Origin: Atractiella rhizophila
Taxonomy: Eukaryota
Assembly: GCA_021432655.1 (NCBI GenBank)
Contig: MU271281.1
Coordinates: 1-64,000, forward strand
DNA: 64,000 bases
Reading direction: 5' to 3'
Position numbers and translations under genes: made by a program. Shown piece by piece: positions 1 to 12,087 of this stretch. The notes below the pieces were generated by a model, which was given only the letters and a program-made list of their open reading frames with translations, made no database searches and had not been told where the DNA came from. Numbering within the stretch: the stretch's first letter is position 1; each line of letters starts with the position of its first letter.

Positions 1-2752
1 GATTGAGGGACGTTGGTAAGGCCTCCAACGCTAGCTCCAGCCGTTGCCGTGTACTGGGGATATGAATAGGTATGACCGACCGAAGGGAGGTAGGCAGCGT
101 TCGTGGGAGGAACGGCGGCGGAGGAAGATGCGTAGATTTGTGATCCTGGATGAAGGGAGGCTACAATGCTTGGCCCCTGTGACTGGGAATGAGGTGGGAG
201 CGCCAGTCCCGCGTTCATATCATTCGACGCGTTGCTGGGGGATGCCGTCGGGTCGATAGGGAGAGCAGCTGCTGATACAGCGTTTTGAGAAACCGCGGTG
301 GCCATTTCCTCTATCGCGTCAAAGAGAGACAGCAGGGTTGGATTGTCGAGAGGGTTATAAGCTGTCGAATAGTACAGAGAACTGACGTTGAACACATCAC
401 CTTCTCAACGTGAAAGATTGGGGGGAGCGCACCTTATCCCTGCTTCTTTGGTTTCACAATCGCTTTTCAACCAGTTCGTGGGCACGTTGAAAGCCCCAAA
501 ACGATCCCCCGCTTTTTGCTATCCAGGAAGTGAAAGAAGGTGCACGACTCTGCTGCGATGCGTCGTTACGTCGAAGGGGGACAATTGATTCCAGTGCTGA
601 GAAAGAGCGCAGAGTTATAAGAGTTATAAGAGGAACGGATGAGAACACAAGGGGAACGTCGTGCAGCCTTTGTTCCCATTCAGCTGCTCGTGGCGCTGGA
701 CGTTCTGAGGAGCTCGAAGCCTCTTTTTGAGGCGTTTCCCCGGCACCGAAGCACAAAAACCCAATCTGATCGAGCAGCGTCTTCCGCTTCGTGGGAACCT
801 TCTTCGGAGCATCTTTCAGCTGTCCATTATTACTCAAGGAGCTGCAGGCGATCTCACTGATCTCAGGCTTTGCACTTCTTCAGCTCGATTGACAGCGCTT
901 TGGCGAGGGTTCGTATTCGTGAGATGCCGTAATTAGGCAGCGAGCTCACTGGTCGATCCCAAACTGGGGAAGCGGTACTCTTTGTTCTCTCAGATCTGGA
1001 CTAACGGAACCTGGCGTGACAAAGAAATCACCATCTCCACTCCTTCGTCTTGCTTTGCTATCCCGCGAAATCATGCAAATCATGCCCACTTGACGTACTC
1101 GCCTGACAGGCATCGATGCTCTTGTTGCAAGAACGATGGCGGTCTAGCGCTAAAAGGAGATTTGATTTCTTCCCTTCGATCGAGGGTGAGTTTGTTGGAG
1201 TTGACGCGGCCACAAGGGCTTGGAGCAGAAGCTGAGCCGTGCACAAGGTGTTAGGTTGATGGGGAGAGCGATTTTTGTGCGGAAGACTGTAAATCCACTA
1301 GTGCGAGGACACAGTTTGCGTATTCCAGAGATACAGGCTGTTCGTGACCTCAAACTCTTTGATCGAGAGGTCCTGAAAATCCACACTGAGCGACTTAGGA
1401 ACGGAAATTAGGTATCTGAGTTGCATCAGCCATGAACTGTTTTGGCATCTTTGCAACCCCAACAGTGGAATGACCTGAGAAAAGGAGCGAGCAAGGAGCG
1501 GAGAAGTCTCGAGTCTCGACCGTTGGTGTTCCCGTCTTCTGTGACCGTACCTAATGAAATGAGATCGGTCTGGGCGAAAGTCTCCTAGTTAAGAGCTGAG
1601 CATGAGCTTGTCGCAGCTTGTGGAGAGAGGGACTGGTGTGGAGCGCGTCTGCAGTAATGAAAGCGCTTTTTCCTGATCCAACGGGAGCAGCGTCCGAGGG
1701 GAGTCTGTGAAAAGGGATTATGCATTGAAGAAAGTGTGGTCTCCTGCGTCCGCACTCCGCCACAATGGAATATTATGGGAAGCGCAAGCAGCTGAATGGG
1801 AGTCACGCCTTAGGTCTTAGGTCTCTAGGCCGCGACTCAGACTAGAAATCGGGGGTTGCGGGCGAGAAGAATCTTTTATGATGATCCAGTTTCACACAAC
1901 ATTCTTCATGTCTGGACTGGCCGCCGGAAAAGGATACAATCATCAACGTCCCTTTGCGAAGAGTCGAAAGAAAATGGTTCATAACTCTGCCGAAATTCGT
2001 AAGTGAGAATCCGCTGTTAAATAGCGCTGAATAACTACCTATCTGAGTTCAGCTCAGAAGTGGAAACCATTGAACAACCGGGCATGGAGAAGGAGATAAG
2101 GTCCTTAACATTGAATCATTATCCCAAAAAATCTACTACTACAGACCGTCCTGGTCCACCTGTTCTCCTTTTGATGAAGCAAAACTGCTTCGGTCCTCGT
2201 CGGTAAGGTCCAACGAGGGAGGGGCAGCCTGCAAAGGGACAAGGGCAGAGAAGACAGAAAGGGAAGAACGTGAATTGAGATTGGTTTCTTCGATTCGGTG
2301 TCTTTCAAACCCACATAGAAGAAAGGCATGGAAGTGGAAGACCGGTAGCGTCTCTGCTCTCCTATGTGGTTGAAACAAGTTGAAATAGCTAGCCTGCCGA
2401 TCGAGGATCCCGAGCTGAGATACACGGGTGCTAACTCATGATTGTGAGCTGTCGAACATCTTGGATATTCAAAATTCAATGTTCGAATATTTGATGCTGG
2501 CTTTCATGCGACGGCGTTCAAACATGTCATCCAAGAGAATATTAGCTCACACTCCCTACCTTCATCAGGGGTATCGGTGATGACTGCTTTCGATCTTGCT
2601 CCTGCAAGATCTTCACAAGCCTGAAGCAGTTGATGGTTGTACCCAGCATTGTACTCGAGTTCCTGATCTCCCAGAGATCGAGTGTGAGGGACAAAAAGTG
2701 CAGCTAACCTAAACCCCGACAGCTGTCCGCCCACTCACGTGATGGCGACCAT
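1..2752 (-). CDS. Putative multi-exon gene of unknown function, running off the left edge (could be more than one gene or partly decayed)
   Basis: ATG at 2752 (MVAIT) followed by GTGAGT; several minus-strand open segments bounded by GT/AG (e.g. 454-842); an open P/S-rich frame from ~257 to base 1. No recognisable domain. Confidence 0.4.
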
Positions 2753-2858
2753 CAATTTTGCGAAAGAGGAGCAGCAGCGAGAAGCGGAGGTCCGCGCGAG
2801 TTGGGCAGCAAAAAGGAGGATAGATTTCTCGTACTGTTATTACAGTAGCTATCTCTCC

Positions 2859-4488
2859 ATGTCGCACGAAGGGAAACCGCTGATCAAAACTGTGACAGAA
2901 CTCCTTCGTTCGGTGGATTCAAGTCTTGCCATCGATTCGGGGACGGTTTCTATCGATCCAGTAATTTCACCATGTCCCGCGTTACCATAGAGCCCCCATC
3001 ACTCTGCGCTATCCGTATACCTAACGGCCAGACGTTGAGAGAAGCAAAGCGCGTGGAGATCATTGATCAGCTTGAAGTTTGTCATATTCCCCCTCTCGCT
3101 TCTCGCCACAGCCTTGCTCACAGATATTTCTTCGTAGCTCCCGCATGCTGAGAATTGGATCTCCGTATCCACAGTAGAGGAAGCGTTTGATGCCATCAAG
3201 TCCATGAAAGTGTGTTCCCATTCAATGAAGAAGATCCAACGCTTAAGGCAGCCAGATTCGAGGGGCACCCGCTATTGCTTCTCTGGTGCGATTATTGCTT
3301 TTCGGTTAACACTTTAGACCTCATGATGACCGCAGGCAGCGCTCTCGATCGCCTGTGCTCTCCTCTCGTTGCCTTCCTCAGCCTCAGAAACATCGTCGGT
3401 CTCCTCATTCCAAAATTACATCTCCAATGTGTCGAGTTACCTTCTCGCCTCTCGCCCAACCGCTGTAAACCTACAGGAAGCTCTGTCTCGGATAGCTGCT
3501 GTTTCAACGGCCGAGAAGAGCGTTTCGGAGCTAGTAGAGGATGTGATAGAAGTTTGCATCACTGTTTGGGAGGAGGATTTGGAAAGGTGTTGGAAGATGG
3601 GTGAAGTGGGGGGAACGTGGCTGTTGGAGAAGTTGGAGAGCGAAGGGAGGATTGAGAAGGGAGATAAGATTGCAGTTCTCACTGTATGTCTACTATCCTC
3701 CGGTTGATTGCACTCTAAGAAAGTCGAAGGTCTGCAACACAGGCTCCCTCGCCACCTCCGTACGATTCCTTCAATCTTCAAACTGTCACCAGCTAACATG
3801 TTATTGCAGGGATATGGAACAGCATTGGGTTTAATTACATATCTACACTCCATTTCTCGCCTCTCGGTCGCTTACTACATGGCAACCTCTCCGTACTATC
3901 AAGGCGCCCGTCTAACCTCGATGGAACTTAAATCCCTTGGGGTACCCAGCATGATGATCTGTGACACAGCAGTTGGCGCCCTTCTGGCGACGAAGCAAGT
4001 ACACGCATTCGTTGCTGGGGCAGATCGGATAGTGGCCAATGGAGATACTGCAAATAAAATATCGACCTGCCAGATCGCTGTACCGTTCTTTCTCCCGTCT
4101 TTCAAGCCAGATCACTGAACTTCGGTCGGTGATTCAACAGAATTTATGTCAACACCCTCTTCATCCATCCCGCCCAAAGGTGCCAGTCCTAATCTCAGCA
4201 CCCCTAACAACAGTCGACCTCTCGCTTCCAAGTGGTGATCATATCAAGATAGAAGACCGTCCTTCAAAGGAAGCAATCACCGTGAGGGGAAAGACAGATA
4301 TCACCAACGGTTTGGTCACAGTTCAATTTGCGCCAGATGGGATCGAAGTTTGGAATCCCGCTTTCGATGTCACGCCTGCGAGGCTGATTGATGCTATTGT
4401 AACTGAGGTTGGAGTTGCAGTGAAGAAAGATGGGGAAGAGCAGTTCGGGTTAAAGGAGTGGGTGGAGGAAAGGAAGAGAGATACTTGA
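2859..4488 (+). CDS. MRI1: Methylthioribose-1-phosphate isomerase (methionine salvage), spliced
   Basis: Exon motifs IRGAPAIA, SRPTAVNL, VCNTGSLATS-GYGTALG, QGARLT, VAGADRIVANGDTANKI, NPAFDVTPARLIDAIVTEVG. Confidence 0.93.
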
Positions 4489-4621
4489 TTTCGAGAAAGT
4501 AGACAAGAAATCGATAGACAACGATCTAGAACTGTTTTGTGCCAGTCACATCCAATGTAATTATGATGCATTATGTGATCCTAAACTTTTACGAAAACCG
4601 AACACATAGGTAGTCCATTCT

Positions 4622-5751
4622 CTAAAACCGTTGGTCAGGAACCAAGATTTTTGACTCTTCCGCTTCTTTGGCGAACTCCAAAGGTTCCCATTCCCATGCC
4701 CACGCTTCGTAAGCGTACACAAACCCAAAGATCAGAAAAAGCACAGCTCCTCCCAGTGTGACCTGTTTTACACTAATCTTGCTCGCGATATATTTCCCTG
4801 CAATACACGCTAGGGCAGTACAGAAAGAGTGACCAATTGTTGTCCCGATCGTAATGAGCCACACGTTCTACAGTAGCTGTCAGCATCTAAGTCCTCAGGG
4901 CAAAGCAGGGTCATAACAAACATGGGCAGCTGCCAAAGCAATAGTAGTGATTTGACTCCGGTCTCCCCATTCGGCAAGGAAAGTAAGGATGAAGCATTTG
5001 ACGAATAGTGGCGACAGGCAGAGGGAGGCAAGATTTCTGACTCCATCGGTAAGGGTAGCTATCGTACCTTTGGGTTGAGGAGTCGGACGGGGTAGAGGAG
5101 GGGCTGTGGAAGGAAAGGTGGTCATGAACGGTGAAGGTGAAGGGGTGATGGGTGGAGATTGGGCTTGACGTAGGGGAGAGGGACGACTGGGTGAGTAAGA
5201 GTAGTTACCGGATAGCGGGAGAATTCCTCCTCCCTCCAAGCTCTCCATCATCATTCCATCTTTCGAATCGTCCGCTACAAGCAGTGCGCATTTAGCGTTT
5301 CCCGGGAAGACAAAGTAGAAGACACACCAAGTTCGCGCTGAACCTCCCTCATTTCTTCCTCCATCTTCTCCTTCCCGTCTTCCTCCTTCATCTCAATCCC
5401 CTCCTTCAGCATTCTCGCCCCAAACACCCAAAAAAGAAGTGCAGCAGCTGCAGTGGTATATCGTCTTGGGAGTATGGAAGGGAGAATGGTGCCCATAAGC
5501 GAGGAGAGCAGGGACATAAGCGCAAGTGCGGATATGGCTGCACCAAACACGAGGAGACGGGGATTGTTCATAGACAGCAACGCTGCAATAAGGAACGTCT
5601 TGTCTCCTAACTCGGAAACAACGATTACAGCTTCATAAACGAACAGTAAATCACTCGGACACCCAGTTACAAGGGAAAAGGATTTCTCACCGATTGACCT
5701 GCCCAATCCAGATAACGGATCCCAATCTATAGAAGATAATGCACTATCCAT
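4622..5751 (-). CDS. GDT1: GDT1/UPF0016 (TMEM165-like) Ca2+/Mn2+ antiporter, spliced
   Basis: Two E-x-G-D-[KR]-[TS] motifs: VSELGDKTFLIAA and LAEWGDRSQITTIALAA; TM helices; terminal GGAVLFLIFG. Confidence 0.93.
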
Positions 5752-5998
5752 GATGCCCTTCTGATTTCCCAATCCTATCAAGATCCCTCCTCAAACCTCT
5801 TCGTCGTAAAAAGTTCAAGTTGAAGTTGTCGTGACCGGCACCGCGGAGTAGCGTGACTTTGGACCGCGACATGACACGTTACACGTTGATAGGAATCGCC
5901 AAAGCAAACCACAAAAGCAGGTCTGAAAGGATCGTCCTCGCTCATTTCAGGTCTATAGAGGAGTTGTGGGATATACCAAGAAGGAAGATAGAGGGAAT

Positions 5999-7433
5999 AT
6001 GACATTTGTCAAGCTCGTCACTTGCGTCTCTGGCATTTATGGCAGTTTTCTGTTGTGGGGGTTGCTGCAGGAGCGAAGTGAGTCTTTCTGCTTTGGGTAG
6101 TGAGAATGGGTCCGTCAGAGTTGGTTCTTCTCACGCAAACGCAAGCTCAAATTGTACTGCCAAAGCTGTACAGCGTTTTGTTCTGCAGTCTGAATGTGTC
6201 AGCTGCAAAGATAGATCTTTCCTCGACAAGATTATTTGATCTGGACAGCGAGAGCTGATGTAAACATGGAATGACAGTCTCTACCACCTCCTATGCTCCA
6301 CCAGGATCACCCCCAGAGTACTTCCGCTCTGTCGTCTTCCTGAACACGATTCAATCGACATTTTCCTGCATTGCCGCTTTTCTTTATCTATACACCTCTA
6401 AATCTTCATCTCTAAACCTTTGGGAGATGGTTGGTCTCCCTCGACACGGCTTCTCTTTATCCAACAAGACCACATACACAACCGATGGTCGACCCCAGAC
6501 TTATTGGTACCAGCGATACCCCTTCAGCCTCCTCGTCGAAATTGTCAAAGTGTCCATCCTCCAGTCCATCGCTCCTCTTTTCGGATTCGCTAGTCTCAGG
6601 TTTATTTCTTTCCCGACGATGATTCTCGGGAAGAGCTGTAAACTTGTCCCCGTCATGCTCATGAACATCCTTCTCTATCGACGAAAGTTCGCGGTGCACA
6701 AATACGCCGTTGTCGCCATCGTCACTGCAGGGATCACGCTTTTCATGCTACTAGGGGACGAGCACGGAACAGGAGATGGAGGGAAAAAACGGAAAGGGGC
6801 CGAATCTTCGTCTCTGTTGGGAATCTCCCTTCTAATCATCAACCTCATCCTCGACGGTTCTGTGAACTCGACCCAGGATGAAATCTTCAAGAAGTTTTCA
6901 AATATCAACGGGACCCAAATGATGTTCTGGATGAATGCCTTTGCGACCATAGTGACTTCCCTGTCTCTGTTCATACCATTCCCCTCGATACCCATTCTCT
7001 CCAGCCCAGGAGCGAGCAATTCAAATCAGTTTCGAACAGCACTCGAATTCATCCACAATCATCCTCATGTATTATCGGACCTACTCCTTTTTTCACTTTT
7101 TGGAGCTTTGGGGCAGATTTTTATCTTCCTTACTCTAGCAAACTTCGGCTCTCTCGTTCTAGGTAAGTACGATCTTTTCTAATTCAGCCCCTGTTCTGAT
7201 GCCTTTTACTTCTAGTCACTATCACAGTGACGAGAAAACTCTTTACGATGCTGCTCAGCGTTTTCGTCTACGGCCACGCATTGAACCTAGGGCAATGGCT
7301 GGGGGTAGCATGCGTTTTTGCGGGAATAGGTATTGAAGCGTTTGTACAAGGAGGTAAGAAGAACAAGAAGGGCGAAACTCGTGCGGATAGAGTAGTACAT
7401 GACAAGGAAAAAGCAAAGCTCAAGGATGTTTAG
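5999..7433 (+). CDS. HUT1: UAA-family nucleotide-sugar transporter HUT1/SLC35B1, 3 exons
   Basis: [81 protein letters not shown]. Confidence 0.92.
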
Positions 7434-7560
7434 AGTTACATTTTATACATTGTGCGATTTCATTTGATCCTTGTATAGTATCCAACGCTAACTACAATCA
7501 GAAGACATCGATACACACATACGTCGCATTGTAATATATACCTTGGCGAACAGTCAATCA

Positions 7561-8498
7561 TCAAGCTTTCGCGACCCAGCTCAGCATGGCCATATCATTC
7601 ATGTTCGGTTCTCCATCCTCCTTAGCTGGCGCCTGCGCAAACCTCGTGTCATCAACCTTTGCTTGGAGAAACCTTGCTTTGACCATTTCCGTCTCCAGGT
7701 CGATCGGATTGAAGAGATACCTGCCACTGCCGCCCGTCTCCACCCTTTCCCAGGGCCCTGACTTCCCCTCCCTGCTTCGCCCTCCTCCACACCCTACAAA
7801 GATCCCACTGTTCGGTTTGAGTAGTTTCTGGACGTTTCGAAGAAAACCGAGCGTTTGAGATTTGGAGAAGACGTGGACCATTGCCATGCTAATCACGATG
7901 TCATATGTTCCATACCTTCCTTCAAGTTCAGGTACACTTTCAGCGGTTATGTCCCAAAAAAAACGCCTCTTTCACCTTCTGGTTCGCTCCCACCAACGTA
8001 GTTTCATCTCCAAAGAGACGTCGACCAAGCTCAAAGTAACCTGACTCGTAATCCGTGACATCAACAATTGGACGAGGAACGTCCGCGGGCAGCGAATCGA
8101 TATGTTTCAAAAGATAGCGCAGGTCTTGACCAAAGCAAGTGCCACACTCGAGAATTCTTAGAGGAGCTTCAGAGTCCTCGATCGCGCTTAAGAGCAACTC
8201 CCACCATTCTTGTTTCTGGATGGAAGGTTGGAGGAAGCGCAATTGAGCGATACAACAATAGACGTGGAGCTGTGTGACGGCAAAGTCAGCTGCTTTGCAC
8301 AACGAGATATAACAAAGGACGGACATTGGCTCGACTTTCCTCCCACAATTCCTTCACCCTCTTCTCAAGCAAATTTCTATCCTCGATACCAGTGTAGGAC
8401 GAAAGGAAGTCGAGGGATTCGTGGGGAATTGATGCTGGTTTTTGATCTTCAAATTCCCAACCGGATCCCTTCCCACGAGTTGGCGCTTGGTTAGGCAT
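7561..8498 (-). pseudogene. AusD-like SAM-dependent methyltransferase copy A; one-base frameshift in an A8/T8 run (may be intact if this is a sequencing error)
   Basis: Paralogue of 10842-11771 (LECGTCFGQDLR; DYESGYFELGRRLFGDE). Frame breaks at 7956-7963; removing one T restores AFFWDITAESVPELEGRYG. Confidence 0.75.
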
Positions 8499-8864
8499 AA
8501 TGCACCAAGGCTCGAAGAACCCTGGCAGTTGCTTATCGTCTGAGGAGAGTTAAATAAGCAGAGAAAAGCGCGGATTGAAGTCAATCTCGCGTCACTCTGT
8601 TATCGACTATTATCAGTTCAAGTGCGGGAACAGCTCCGGGCGGATATTTGACCGTCAGGGGGGATATGCCTGTCTCTCGAGGGGCCAAAGATTACACACA
8701 GATCGTTCTCTAGCTTTCTCGTGCAAACCTCTGGTGCAGCCTGTCGTGTAAGGTCAAGAGCCGTCTGTAAACAGGGGCTTAGGTGATTTCAGTTTAGAGG
8801 CGAGAGTAAATGTCTTGTAAAGGCAAACTGAAAGGCTGGGTAGCCATCTCAAGCTAGACTGAAT

Positions 8865-9470
8865 AAGGTGACATTGGAGCGTTGCTGTTCTTTCTTGAAA
8901 GTTCCTGTTTGGGGTTGCTGCAAGGGCGACGTGAATCTTTTCGTATTGGAGCAAGAACTTGGTCCTTGAGAGTTGCTTTTCTGCTGGGATACTCGCTCAA
9001 GTTCTGCTGCCAACGGTGCAGGGCAGCTTTCCGTTCGGAAAGTACAAGGCGCAATGCGTCACCGATAGTTGTCTTTACTCGACAAGATTATTTCATCTGG
9101 AAGGTGAAGCTGATATGAGCAACGTGGAGAAGTGACATGTGTAATCGGAACCCCTTTTTGTGTTGTTGAAGACTTCAGCCAAATTTGTTCCTTCCTCGCT
9201 CCAGCAAGCTTTAGCTCTCTCGTTCTGTTCTGGGTATGTACGCGGATTGACATGATTATGCAAATGTACCGGTTATGATGCTCTCAAGAACCATCATAGG
9301 CACGAGAGTGCCCTTCACCATTCTCCTTAGTGCTTTTGTCTACCAGGCATTGAATGTTGCGTGATGTATCAGAGTGTGTTCGTTTTACAATCCTTTGTAC
9401 TAGGACGCAAGAAGAACAAGAAGGGCAAAAGTTTGCAAGCAAGAAAAGGGAGTGTGTGAGGACGTTGGAA
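8865..9470 (+). pseudogene. Decayed HUT1 copy 1 (exon 1, intron 1, end of exon 2 and exon 3 remnants; most of exon 2 deleted)
   Basis: ttggggttgctgcaagggcgacgtga resembles the HUT1 exon1/intron1 junction; SQICSFLAPASFSSLVL ~ [35 protein letters not shown] ~ [19 protein letters not shown]; aagaagaacaagaagggc is shared. Confidence 0.8.
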
Positions 9471-9512
9471 GCAGCATATTACATTTATATTGTGTACACT
9501 TCCCTTAGAATT

Positions 9513-9826
9513 GCGCTTAAGAGCAACTCCCACCATTCTTGTTTCTGGATGGAAGGTTGGAGGAAGCGCAATTGAGCGATACAACAATAGACGTGGAGCT
9601 GTGTGAGGCAAAGTCAGCTGCTTTGCACAAGGAGATGTAACAAAGGACGGACATTCGCTCGACTTTCCTCCCACAATTCCTTCACCCTCTTCTCAAGCAA
9701 GTTCCTATCCTCGATACCAGTGTAGGACGAAAGGAAGTCGAGGGATTCATGGGGAATCGATGCTGGATTTTGATCTTCAAATTCCCAACCGGATCCCTTC
9801 CCACGAGTTGGTGCTTGGTTAGGCAT
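9513..9826 (-). pseudogene. Methyltransferase copy B, 5' fragment only
   Basis: Near-identical to the 5' part of copy A (MPNQAPTRGKGSGWEFEDQ); ends at ~9513, where it abuts the HUT1 3'-UTR remnant. Confidence 0.85.
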
Positions 9827-10159
9827 AATGCACCAAGGCTCGACGAACCCTGGCAGCTGCTTATCGTCTGAGGAGAGTTAAATAAGCTGAGAAAAGCGCG
9901 GATTGAAGTCAATCTCGCGTCACTCTGTTATCGACTAATATCAGTCAAGTGCGGGAACAGCTCCGGGCGGATATTTGACCGTGGGGGGATATGCATGTCT
10001 CTCCAGGGGCCAAGGTTCGTCTGGCTTTCTCGTGGCACCCGTGCAACCTCTGGTGCGGCCTCTCGTGTAAGGTCAAGAGCCATCTGCAAACAGGGGCTTG
10101 GGTGATTGCGGTTTGGAGAATGCCTTGTGCTGGGTAGCCATCCCAAGCTGGACTGGGTA

Positions 10160-10760
10160 AGGGTGACATTGGCGCGTTGCTGTTCTTTGTTGAAGGTTCC
10201 TGTTTGGCGTGCTGCAAGGACGACGTAAATTCGTATGGAAGCAAGGACTTGTTCCTTGAGAGTTGCTTTTTCTTGCCGAGATGCTCGCTCAAGTTCTGCT
10301 GCCAACGGTGCAGAGCAGCTGTCCGTTCGAAAAGTACAAGGCGTAATACGCCACAGGTAGTTATCTATACTCGACCAGATTATTTTATCTGGAAGGCGAT
10401 AGCTGATGTAAGCAACATGGAGAAGTGATATGTGTTATGGGACCTCCCTTTTTCTGTCGTTGAAGACTTCAGCCAAATTTGATCCTTCCTTGCTCTAGCA
10501 AGCGTTGGCTCTCTCGTTCTATCTAGGTATGTACCGCTCATTGACATAGCATTACAAATGTATTTGTTATGATGCTCTCAAGAACCATCATAGGCACGAG
10601 AGTGCCCTGCACCATTCTCCTTAGTGCTTTTGTCTGCCAGGCGTGGAATGTTGCGTGATGTATCGGAGCCTTTGTACTAGGACGTAAGAAGAACAAGAAG
10701 GGCAAAAGTTTGCAAGCAAGAAAAGGGAGTGTGTGAGGACGTTGGAAGCAGCATATTACA
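10160..10760 (+). pseudogene. Decayed HUT1 copy 2
   Basis: Close copy of 8865-9470, followed by sequence resembling the HUT1-to-methyltransferase spacer (gtacaatatccaaccctaac ~ gtatagtatccaacgctaac). Confidence 0.8.
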
Positions 10761-10841
10761 TTTATATTGTGTACACTTCCCTTAGTTCCCGTACAATATC
10801 CAACCCTAACGATGAAGACACTGGAATTGTGATTTCGTTCA

Positions 10842-11771
10842 TCAAGCTTTCGCAACCCAGGTCAGAAGGGCAGCGTGGTTCGTGTGTGGCCCACCCATAG
10901 CGGGAACCTCGTCTAATTTCACCCCATCAACGTTTGCTTGGGGGAACCCTGCTTCGCTCATCTCCGTCTCGAGGTCAATCGGATTGAAGAGATACCTGCC
11001 ACTCCCTCCTGTATCCGCCCTTTCCCAAGGTCCCGACGTTCCCTCCCTGGTTAACCCTCCTCCATACCCGACGAAAATTCCACCGTTCGGCTTAAGCAAC
11101 TTTTGAATATTTCGAAGAAAGCCGCGCGTTTGGGGTTTAGAGAAGACGTGAACCATTGCCATGCTAATCACGATGTCATATGTTCCATACCTTCCCTCGA
11201 GTTCGGGCACACTGTCGGGTGTTATGTCGCAGAAAAACGCTTCTTTCACCTTCTGATTCTCTCCCACCAAGGTAGTTTCATCTCCGAAGAGACGTCGCCC
11301 CAGCTCAAAGTAACCGGACTCGTAATCCGTGACATCGATGACGGGGCGAGGGACGTCTGCAGGTAAGGAGTCGATTTGTTTCAAAAGGTAGCGCAGGTCC
11401 TGCCCAAAGCAAGTGCCACACTCCAAGATTCTCAAGGGAGCTGCAGAATCTTTGATCGCGCTGAGAACGAGCTCCCACCACTCCTGCTTCTGGATGGAAG
11501 GTTGGAGGAAACGCAGTTGAGCGACACAACAATAGACGTGCAACTGTCCAAGTGCGAAGTCAATAGTTTAGTTGAAGGAGACAAAGAAAGGAACCACCTT
11601 GGATCGACATTCCTCCAACAACTCCCTCACCCTCCCCTCAAGCAAGTTTCTATCCTCGATACCAGTGTAGGACGAAAGGAAGTCGAGGGATTCATGGGGA
11701 ATCGATGGTGGTTTTTGATCGTCAAATTCCCAACCAGACCCCTTCCCACGAGTTGGCGCTTCGCTTGCCAT
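10842..11771 (-). CDS. AusD-like SAM-dependent methyltransferase copy C (intact, 2 exons)
   Basis: YCCVAQLRFL, RILECGTCFGQDLRYL (motif I), DYESGYFELGRRLFGDE, MVHVFS, LLKPNGGIFVG. This pattern matches the fungal AusD/Trt5-like methyltransferase family. Confidence 0.8.
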
Positions 11772-12087
11772 AATGTGCTACGGTTCAACAGATTCTGGGA
11801 TGAGGTTTGAGCTATTTATTGTCTCAAGTGGCAAAAGAAATGCATCAGTCACCATCAGTTTGGAAATTAACGTCCCAGGTGCCTTCCCTGGATCCCTTCC
11901 ACCATTGCCCACCCACTGCCGAGTCGAAAATAGCATGACCAACTCCGGACGGATGTTTGGCAATCTCAAGGGGGCGGAGTTCTGTCTGAGGGGTCAAGTA
12001 GATGACAACTTGCAAACAAGCTGCCCCAGCTGCTGCAGCCTGAGTTTGTGGAACTGCAGTTCAAATTTGGGAGCGGTGGAAGCCAAG

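Larger units (their letters stand above)
8186..10786. repeat. Direct tandem duplication, unit ~1.3 kb (about 8186-9507 and 9513-10786)
   Basis: gcgcttaagagcaactcccaccattc recurs at ~8186 and ~9513; gtgtacacttcccttag ends both units; indels between the copies. Confidence 0.85.

Noticed and set aside
3880..3915. MRI1 has ATSPYYQG instead of the usual ETRPxxQG
   Set aside because: The catalytic Cys (CNTG) and Asp (GADR) are intact, and as I recall this motif varies in basidiomycete orthologues; not evidence of inactivity.
10801..10810. caaccctaac as a telomerase template
   Set aside because: It is the diverged copy of caacgctaac in the HUT1 3' region and has no supporting structure.
11828..11836. 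AGTGGCAAA, an Rpn4-like site
   Set aside because: Single occurrence, not upstream of the proteasome genes; likely chance.
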